Of a stretch of 50,163 bases of DNA, positions 37,831-50,163 are shown one piece after another. Origin of the DNA: Chromera velia (Eukaryota); the NCBI GenBank assembly GCA_018398765.1, contig JAHBMJ010000341.1:1-50163 (forward strand). The letters are read 5' to 3'. The number at the start of each line of letters is the position of its first letter. Positions within the stretch are counted from its first letter, which is position 1. Position numbers and translations under genes: made by a program. Under the pieces are notes generated by a model. That model made no database searches, had not been told where the DNA came from, and saw nothing but the letters and a program-made list of their open reading frames with translations.

Positions 37831-38579
37831 GGTAAGCCGCGAACCTTGGTGGACGTCTTTACTCTGCACGGAGCAGGACTTGACACCCCGGGGGGCTAGA
37901 ATTTCAGACCCAAACTCGTGCAAAGAACAGGAAACTGCACACCGGCCTGTTCGAACGTATCTTTATCGGACATGCCATGGCCACTTCTGCAGTCGACGTT
38001 GGAGCTTACGGAACCGGGGGCGGGGGGCCACGGCTCTGATATGCAGGCTAAGTTTAAGGCACTAATTATCCGATTAGTTGGCATTAAGTGTGTTCCTTGG
38101 ATGGAATTTGTAAAGACGTGACCGTGTAAACCAATTCGCGCGGGGGGAACTCTTTATGCGAATTTAGTTTCGCGCTGGCTGGGGCCCAGATCATCGGCCC
38201 GTTGGCCCGCCGCCGCGGTGCCGTGTGCGCCGCCGCACACTGCATGAGCGAATATAGCGATCGACCATGATCGACCAAGCGATCGATTGATCAACACGAA
38301 TATAGATGGATCGGGGCCTTCCTGTTTGATTGATGATTGATCTGGACAACGCGTGACAAGGCAAAGAGAAGGATGACCCCAGCCCTCTACTCAGCAGCAA
38401 CTGATGGCTGGTGTCGAGAACAGGGCCCCGGCCTTCGCTCAGATTCGTGTGTTTGCGTGTAGAGTACGAATTGAGACGTTGACTTTCGCATTTCAGTGTG
38501 AGCGGGCCAGGAGAGAATCTTCTTGTTTGATCATCTGCACGGCTATCTCAGATCGATCGTACTGAGCTCGATTGACGAA
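37831..38579. promoter_or_regulatory. Probable bidirectional promoter/5' UTR region between PKAr and the ZUP1-like gene
   Basis: Only ~750 bp separate the divergent start codons. GC-rich core with several gatcga motifs at 38258-38345. No specific sites verified. Confidence 0.45.
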
Positions 38580-41687
<3,108 letters not shown>

Positions 41688-42446
41688 TTGCACGACACGC
41701 AACCTGGCAGCAGCTAAGCGCGGAAATTCCCATGGGGGAAGATGTAGAAGAAGTTGTTCGTCATTGCAGTAAAGAGAACAAAAACCGTCCTGACCTCGGT
41801 CCTGGCCCATCCATGTGTATGTGTATGTAAAAGATGATGACCAAGGATCGAATCTCTTCGCAGATCGTCTGTCCATATTTGCAGCCAATGTGACAGCTGT
41901 GTAATGTTTTACCCAACTGGGCCACCCAACTGAATTGAGCTACGAGTACCTCGGAGTTGTGAGAGTTCTTTCATGTATACTGCATGTAACCCTCCAAAAA
42001 ATTATGGAAATCGTTGGGAAATCTGTAGGATAGGATAGGATAAGATTAATGTTCCGGGTTGCCCCGCGGTCCACTGCTCGGCCTCGACTTGCACCGTAAG
42101 AAATTGATAAGAAATATCTAGTGAGAAATCCTAGGGAAATCTTAGTGAGATCCGAAGGAAATCTATGAGAATTGAATCGCAGCTTTCAGAAGAAGTTTAT
42201 TTTTTATTTTTTTTTAGGGGGGGGGGCTACCTTCCTGAACCTAATGTCCACTTAAAAAAAAAATATCAAGATCGTCCGCACCTGCGGCGTGGCCAATCAA
42301 GTCTATCCAAATTTGCGGCCTAGCAAATCTTATTCAAAGAATATTTAAAAAAAAATGAAAAATAATAACGTATAAATAAATCGATATATTGCCTTTAAAA
42401 TACTATTCATCCCTAGGTTTTGTACATATCATCATATATAATCATA

Positions 42447-43340
42447 CAATGAATTGAGACGGTTAAAGCCGGTGAACCACTACTTAGGCTCTGGCCAACT
42501 ACGGGGCATGACATACAATGTTGGTTTGTTGACCTAGCGCATTGATCCATTAACACATGTCAACACGAACTCTCTCCAATTTGGCTATATACTTCTCAAC
42601 CGCCCTCATGCCGGCCAGAGGTTGGAACGACGAAATAAGAGCGATCATCTCTCAGACTTTCTTTTCATTCTCCCCCACTCCTCTACCAGCAGAGGCAGCC
42701 ACCCATTGCGCAATTTCCACCCGTTTCTTAATAGGCGTGCGCTCCTTTATTCTGCTGATGATTTCGTCAAGCTTCTATCTTTCTCTTTCTGTGTCCGCAC
42801 ATTCCGTCAGCAAGTGGATCTCATCACAAACTTTTCTGCTAGAGCAAGCCAAGCAGGTCTTCCCTAGCTCCCCCCGCTGCACATAACCACCTGTCATTGC
42901 TCTCAGGAGAGGGCGGATGTTTGCAGAGGATTTAAGAAGACAAGGGGACAGCGTGCGTATGTGCAGATCGTTTCCTGTGTCTGACGGACGTGACTGCCAT
43001 TTCCTTTCTGCTAGGAGGAGTATGGAAAGCCTCTGTCTGGAAGGGTTCTCTCTTTGGAAATCAGTGAGAACAGCATGGGGATAGAAGATTCTGTCTCTAT
43101 TCCTGCTGCCTTCCTGCTTTCTAGCCTATTCCCCAAGCCATTGGTTCATCTGGATCTTGTAACACGTCTTTTTCCGTTTATATTTCCCCTTCTTTTTTAG
43201 TTTTTCTCGGCATGGCTCATTCGTATCTTCAAGAAGAGAATTGTCAAGGGGCATAGCCAGACGTTTGGTGGAGGACACAAAGGGGGCACTAGAACCAGCG
43301 ATGCACGCCTCCCATACAGCTGTGGGCAAGGTGCATTCTA
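42447..43340 (-). mobile_element. Decayed LINE 3' fragment (CCHC knuckle region)
   Basis: Minus frame reads RLSILLLAERKW...RAMTGGYVQRGELGKTCLAC...DEIHLLTECADTERER with several in-frame stops. Homologous to the 24727-25876 copy, with a similar 3' end (tttaacc..tcaa). Confidence 0.8.
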
Positions 43341-44096
43341 TAGATTTAAGAGATTGAAAGAAGCTGGCTATAATATCAATATTACATTCTAGATTACATC
43401 ATACATAGCTCGGTGCCAGTATATGGTCATATATAACATCTCTATTCATTTATCTTCTAAATTAAAAGACCCCCCAGCAGTGTGTGCACGTGGTCGAGGA
43501 AGAACTTCCCATCTCCATCTCTTCCAAGAAGTATGATCACAACGTATCCTTTCTTAACATCTAATTTTTTTATTGATTGTCTGCAATACAGTTTTCTTGC
43601 TGATGACCCTTCCTGACATGCGATACGGAGCTCTTCAATATAAGCGAACATGCAATGCACTGCTGCTCTTTTTTCATATGTGAGTTCGATTAACATTAAT
43701 GCGTACATACCATGCACTTGAAACCCATTCCCTTCTCTGTTGTCTTCGATCACAGCTTGTTTTGTTTGCGACCGAAAACGCACTGCCAGGCGTCCTTGCT
43801 GCTGTCTGTTTATGGAGGAGACAGGTCGAAACTTCCAAAAGCCCCTCGCGGTAATGGTGCCTAGGTATATTTCCTCACTATTGTACAGCGGTGAGCTTTT
43901 CCTTTCTCTCCCCTGTTATGTCACCTTGGGTACTCTGAGAGGCAAGGTAATTGAACGAAAAGTCTGAAAGTCCGTCAATCTCGTCGATTTTTTTTTCTTC
44001 AGGGTTGTTTGGATATACTTGCACTTCGGGAGATGGGTGGACACACATGCAGCTGCGATTCGATCTTTAGACATCTGCGTTTCTTTAGACACCTGC

Positions 44097-44245
44097 ATGC
44101 GGCACTGCCTTTCAAGACCCCGCCCGCGCCTGCGGCGCGGACGGTCAAGACACTGCCCGCACCTGTGGCGCTGCCTTTCAAGACATTGCCCGCGCGTGCG
44201 GCACAGCCGATCAAGACACTGCCCATGCCTGCGGCGTGGGCCTTC
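44097..44245. repeat. Degenerate 33-bp tandem repeat, ~4 units
   Basis: tcaagac..tgcccg motif recurs every 33 bp; minus frame gives (AAGAGSVLKGS)-like units. Confidence 0.7.
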
Positions 44246-46596
44246 AAGCCTGTCTAAAAATACGGCCCCACCATTCAAGTGGATCTTAGGTTCAGGGAGG
44301 TAGGGGGGGCAGAAGAAGTTTAAGTTTTGTGTCACTTAATTTATAGTCAAATTATGACTCAAATAGCACCTGTATATGAAGGAATAACACAGCTACTGCA
44401 GAGCCGCACTGAGTGCACTCTCTTCTTGTACAATATCATAGCGGCTTGGTACTCGAGTTCCGTCTGCAAGACCGACGCTAATCTAAAACCACTACAAGTC
44501 ACTGGGACCAGTCATTAAATTATTATAAGCCTTCAGTCAGAAACTGCTCCACAGCTCGTTTATCAAACTCTGAGAGGTGACTGTGGGGCCCGTACGAGCC
44601 GTGAGATATGGTGTAGAATTATGTCTAGGCCCTGCACTCCATAAATAATTTTTTTTTAAAAAAAAGAAAATTTCTGATCTTTTTTTTTTTTTTTAATCTT
44701 ACAGCTCATACCGACTCTGAAAGATGAGTCCTAAGCCAACCACCTACATGGTGAACAAAGTAAATTCAACTTATTGACAACTGAAAGTAGTATTTTCAAC
44801 TAAGTTGTAACTAGGGTTTTAAACTAGATTTTATGTATACTCTATATAGAATTTATTACTAGATTTATTGATTGATTGATTGATTGATAGGTTGTGCACT
44901 AGGCCTTCCCGCTATGTCTATCTATTGCCACAGCTAGCAGGGCGGGGCATTCCTTAGCTAGGCTAAGATATCAGACCCCGCCCTCGGGGCCCGCCAGAGC
45001 TGTCTGGTCCGGCCGCTGATGCTTGACTGTTCGTTTTCTTCGGCCGCTGCTCTTGCCCCTAACAGGCTTTCAGCTCTGAAGATCGATTTGATACGACATG
45101 CAACAAGGGTTCACTCGCTTCTGTCATTTGCTTTATCCATCTTTTTCTGTGGATTCTCTCTTCCCCATCCTATGGCTCCTTCTGTTGCCTCTAAGCAATT
45201 AATGGTTTCTTCATATTCCTCCATCAATCTTCCGGTGATTGTCGCATGTCTTGCTGCTAGTGCATCCCCCTCTAAGTATCCGTACCTCCCTGGACACTCC
45301 TTGAAGACCCTCTTTCTGAAGGACGTCCATCCCAGAAAATGGTCCACTGCAGCACATCTTTCATTCAATAAAAAACAGAACAGTGACGAGTTATCTCTTT
45401 CTCCTTCCCCTCCCCTGGGACCTTGCTCTTTTTCATCTCTTTTTCGTTTGCCTTCTTGGCTCTTCCTTCTGTCTTGCTGTCCCACTTTTGTTCTATTTTT
45501 CTGTATATCTCCGTTCTGTCTTTATCAAAAACAGGACATTCTGCCACAAGATGCATTTCATCTTCGACTACCTGAATTCCTAACCATCCTTCACAGAACT
45601 GGCATGTTCTCCTCTCTAATGGTATCTTCTCCCCCCCTCTTGCCGGAATCTTCCCCCGTGTTGCAGCTAAACACCTATCTCCTACTCTGTATGCCACTCT
45701 TCTTTTGTATTCCCATCTTGGCACTACTCTTGTATAGCAAAAAGGGGCCGTTCTCATTCTTTGTCTGTCTATTTGTATTCTTGTGCCCACCTTCTTGCCT
45801 GTTCTGTCTTCAAACAAAGAGAGATGGAGACGATTTCTATTTAAGAACTTTCTGTATACATCGGCCATCATAACTTCTGTCAACCTTCTCTTCTCATCGT
45901 TGTTTCTTTCCTTTACATTTCTCTCTATTCTGTCTGCAAATGCATTTTTTTTCTTCTCATCTAACTCGTTTTTTGTTCTTTTCTGCAGCCATCTTTCCAT
46001 CCAGTCGACTCTTTCATTAATGACCTGCGTTTCTCTCTGCCCTGTACTCCTTTTCAGTCTATCTCTTGAAAAAGGATGTGCTCCCCTGTCTGTATAAAGT
46101 GTCTGGACACACTTTTTCAAATGTGGGAAGAAATGAAAAGGATGTATTCTTCTACCCCCCACCATTTTGTTTTCTACCCCCTCTTTCAAGCTCATGAAAA
46201 TCGCTTGCCCCATCGTGTCGTTCCATTTTTTCTTCAAGGCCTTACTTGCCCACCTGACTGTCCTGTTGGCCACCTCGATGTCTATTGGGATGAACCCCCC
46301 CTCCAACATCAACGTGTCGCAGCTCTCTTTCTTTCTCAGCCCCAGCACCGACCTCAGAAATCTTTGTTGTTTCTCGTCAAAATCTGTATATGCATGCACT
46401 GTCTGGATATCTATGTATTTCATATCCATACAACCATACTGCATGCACTGTCTGTTTAAATATGTTAAAGCAGTCTGCAGGTAGAATCCCTCCCTCCCTC
46501 CCTTCTTATCTTCCTCATCAGCCCCTGCATACAGCGTTCTGCCTTTACCGTCCTTGCAGCCATCATTGTCTCCAGGTTGCAGTCAGCTGACAGGAC

Positions 46597-48077
46597 CTAC
46601 AGGGCAGCACTCCTAGGTAGAACCCTAGTACCGTGTATGTTTATGCTATAATTGAAGATGATATAACATAGGTTCATATAGGTTCTAATAGGTTCTAACA
46701 CTATTTTTTGCTTTTCCAGACTGAGTCTTGTTAGTATAAGGTTCTTTCAGATTCTTAAAGGTTCTTTAAAGAAGAATCAAGTCTACGTTGCGTCAAAGTG
46801 GTGTCTCCATCATTTGGTTGAACTTCTTACTCTCTAGAGAAACCGCTAGAACCTAGGTTCTAGGAACCTAGGCAAAAACCTGTAAAAACCATAAAGAACC
46901 CCCCCCTTAAAGCTTTAAAAAGACTAAAAACCTAATTTAGATAATTAAAATGATTCAAACAAATAAGACAGATGATTTTGATGCTTACATATGCCAAAAT
47001 TGACCGTCAAAATCATAAAACTCAGCTGTTAACTCGCTTTTTCTTCTCTTCAAACAGACTTACAAGATGAGCAAGCTCTTCATCTTTTATGAAGACGGTT
47101 TCATTCATTTTATGCGCATGCTGAATGTAAAAGAACACAGAAAAAAGTGGGACGTTATTAATACGAATCTTTTTAGGCTTCCTGTTTCGGCCTAACTGCC
47201 AAAGGAGAGAGAAAACACGTATGTCGGCTAAGTCAGTCGAAGCCTTGTCAGACTCAGGATATGTATACACAGCAATCCGGTACAGTTCATCTAGGTCCCT
47301 TTCTTCATCTTCAACATGTGCAATCGCTCACAACCCTGAGGGTTCAAAAGCTTTCTTCTTGACAATGTTATTCCACGACAAAATGTTTACCACCTTGGAA
47401 ACGTACCAACTCAGTTTTCTCTCCACGCCCTCACCCTCATCATACTGACACGCCACGAGTTGTCCCACCATGATAGAATACTCGCCTTTCCGAATCAATG
47501 CCTGATTGTGGGACTTCGTACGCACTTTCACCGCCCAATCGTTTGATAGTGACACCATTACTATTTAAGAAAATGGTTTCAAAGCTTGAGTTAACTAGAG
47601 AAGAGCCAACCTCGCATAACAAATTTCTTGTTGGAGTCTTAATAAGTCTTGGAACCCTCTTTTTCCTTTTTTGATCTTTACCATCTGGAACCCTCTTTGT
47701 CCCTCTACTTCTCATAGTCCTTTTCCAACGTTTTTCAGTCGGATTAGTGGACAAACTTTTGAATATTTTCATCGTGTTCAATGTTTCATAACTGGTTTTG
47801 GACGGGTTCTTTAGGGTTCTTGGAGGGTCAGACTGAGAAGGCTAGAACCTAGGTTCTAGGAACCTAAGAACCTACTAGAGGTAGAGACGTATAGTTATTA
47901 AGCTCAAACGGAGTAAGAACCTTTAACCAATACCCTAAAAGTGTCATTTTTTTGTTTTTTAGAACTTTTTTTGCTTATAAAATAAGTTTGGAGTTCATTT
48001 TAAATGTTTTAGAGCTTAGATTGCTACTACAAAGTCGTTTAATGACCACATCTATATTTTAGAGTGCCCTCCCGTAG
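46597..48077. mobile_element. ~1.48-kb non-autonomous DNA transposon (hAT-like) with 8-bp TSD
   Basis: TSD gacaggac at 46589-46596 and 48078-48085. Imperfect 16-bp terminal inverted repeats (TIRs; 12/16) ctacagggcagcactc / gagtgccctcccgtag. Many ggttc/gaacc subterminal repeats. Interrupted internal ORF at 47558-47022 (minus). Confidence 0.75.
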
Positions 48078-48552
48078 GACAGGACCAACCGGGTCCCAAG
48101 ATAGGGCTGCTCCTTTTCTTCCTTGACTAATATCTCCCCCAGTCTGATTTCTTCTCTTCTTCCTGATGCTCTATCAAAATAAACAAATCTAGATTTATCA
48201 GAGAAGGAACCTAAGAACCTACTAGAGGTAGAGACGTATAGTTATTAAGCTCAAATGGAGTAAGAACCTTTAACCAATACCCTAAAAGTGTCATTTTTTT
48301 GTTTTTTAGAACTTTTTTTGCTTATAAAATAAGTTTGGAGTTCATTTTAAATGTTTTAGAGCTTAGATTGCTACTACAAAGTCGTTCAATGACCACATCT
48401 ATATTTTAGAGTGCCCTCCCATAGGACAGGACCAACCGGGTCCCAAGATAGGGCTGCTCCTTTTCTTCCTTGACTACTATCTCCCCCAGTCTGATTTCTT
48501 CTCTTCTTCCTGATGCTCTATCAAAATGAACAAATCTAGATTTATCAGAGAA
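47859..48552. repeat. 347-bp tandem duplication spanning the transposon right end and adjacent LINE RT sequence
   Basis: 47859-48205 versus 48206-48552, with about 5 substitutions. Confidence 0.93.
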
Positions 48553-49934
48553 GAGAACTTCAAGGCAAAGAGGTTCTACAAAATCTTTCAAGCATGAGAA
48601 AAGAAGATTCAGCTGGCTGTCTGTGAATTCTAAGAGGATAGTATCGTCTGCAAACAAAGGAGCCAAAAAATTGACCCATCTTCCTGCTTCTCCCATCGGT
48701 ACCCTTGGTCTCTGTCCTTGTGTCCTTCTCTGTCTTCCTTTCTTCCCAACTTTTTCCGGCAGGTCGTGCACATATACAGAATAAAGAGAGGGACCACTAG
48801 GACCGCCTTGTTTCAGTCTTTTATCTTTTGGGTACCACATTTCCGTTCCCTTGACTCTTGCTCTTACGTTAAACTTTGTCAAAGACGCCTCAACCCACCG
48901 GATCAAAGCTTCTTCAATACCCGTTTTCCTCAGTTAAACTTTCTTTCTTAACTTCTCCCGCCTCACCTCATCAAATGCACGCATAAAGTCTACAAAGGCT
49001 ATACTGAGTGCTTCCATTCTCACGATTACAAATTAATAATAAAAGAAAGATCGCATCATATGTGCCTGTTATTAGCAACTAGATTAGCAAATCTCCAGGC
49101 AAATCTATGTCTTCTTTTTTTTAGTTCGAGTCTTTTCTTGGCCACCTTCACAGGTTATTTGAACCCGTTATAAACGGGCACCTTTCCTATTTTCTAAAGC
49201 ATAACAATTTCGAGCTTCTGCGCGCTCGTAAACACAACTTACAAGGAATCAGCTGATATGTATTTTGGTCCCATCATTCTTTCTGGGATCTTTGACCATT
49301 TTTAGTTTTTTCTTCACATTCTTTCAGCTGTTTTCCCCGCAAGGAATCTCTGACTCTGTATCAGCAAGGATGCCATCATCTACTGTGCCAAGAAGGTCTC
49401 TAATTTCCAACTCATCCTCATTTTCTGACTCCTCCTCACCCTTTTGTTCCCTTTATGTCTCCCTCTCTTCTTTAAGTCTTCTTCAATCTCCTGTTGCAAC
49501 TTGTCGAAATCTAGAGTTTTCAACTTTATTAAATCTCCCCAATCGAACTGTTTCTGCAAAAACTCAGCTTGAGACGCAACCGATCTTCCTGAAGAGACGG
49601 GGAAGAACCAGTCAGGGTTTACTCAGATGAAATTCAATTTGAAGGGGTGATCTTTCAAGTGAGGGTTGCTGCCTTCCAAGTAGGCAGAGTCAAGAAGGTG
49701 ATATGGAAGTGGACACATGCTAATTTCAATGAAAGAGTTTCATCAGAGCGCAGAGTGAAAGTTGAGACAACCATCCTCAGATATATGTAGACCCTCAAAA
49801 TTAAAGAGGCATTGGAGGACTTCCAATTCCTTGCCATAAAGTTTTACAAAGAGCAATCTCTTTCCGAGATTGAGGGGGAGGACCATATTAAAGAATGAAT
49901 GAATCTGTTATCTTGTTTCTCTTCGAGATTTTTT

Positions 49935-50163
49935 TTCTTCACTCACTCACTCCCTCATAAAGACAGAGGCCACGAACATCAACAGAGACAGAGAAAGAGA
50001 GGGGGGGCGGGAGGGGGGGGGAAAGAGAGAGAAATGAATGAGGGGTTCTTATCGATGCCGTTCCCTTTCTCCCATCTTGTTTCTCTTTGAAATTTCTCTT
50101 CTTCACTCACTCACTCTCTCATGAGGATGAGGCTATGAACATCATCAGAGACAGAGAGAGAGG
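49935..50163. repeat. Diverged direct repeat (~164-bp spacing), truncated by the window end
   Basis: ttcttcactcactcactc...gaacatca.cagagacagaga at ~49935 and ~50099. Confidence 0.7.

Larger units (their letters stand above)
44866..49020 (-). mobile_element. Decayed LINE ORF2 (reverse transcriptase to CCHC) with (ATCA)n tail, interrupted by a DNA-transposon-like insertion
   Basis: RT motifs FVDFMRAFD (~48995), LKQGGPSGP, LFADD and PYLG (48906-48433). The frame continues after the insertion at 46596 (VLSADCNLE...) into ORF 46444-45365 with CQFC...EDEMHLVAEC. (tgat)n tail at 44866-44888. Frameshifts are present. Confidence 0.92.

Noticed and set aside
45019..45873. 284-aa hydrophobic plus-strand ORF
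   Set aside because: Antisense shadow of the purine-rich LINE ORF2.

Overview
Eukaryotic, intron-rich genomic DNA with no prokaryotic operons, CRISPR arrays or rRNA/tRNA genes seen. GC-rich exons, microsatellite-laden introns and an acylated PKA-R suggest an alveolate, possibly a chromerid; this is inference only. Four spliced genes could be assembled by hand: SDA1 (minus, 12 exons), a cyclin Y-like cyclin (plus), a cAMP-dependent kinase regulatory subunit (minus, 7 exons) and a ZUP1/ZUFSP-like C78 deubiquitinase (plus). They form two head-to-head pairs. AT-rich accessory islands between them carry three decayed non-LTR retrotransposon (LINE) copies, a Ser/Thr kinase pseudogene, 21-bp, 54-bp and 33-bp minisatellites and large microsatellites. 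Highlights: (1) a 517-bp almost perfect fold-back element with TGT...ACA ends and a 5-bp target-site duplication (TSD), inserted in a 5'-truncated LINE that has its own ~39-bp TSD; (2) a hAT-like non-autonomous element with an 8-bp TSD splitting a LINE RT gene; (3) a consistent CpA>TpA / CpG>TpG mutation bias between repeat copies, resembling repeat-induced point mutation; (4) a ~66-unit TETRQKY heptad ORF whose commonest variants are synonymous. All coordinates were read by eye and no database searches were run.
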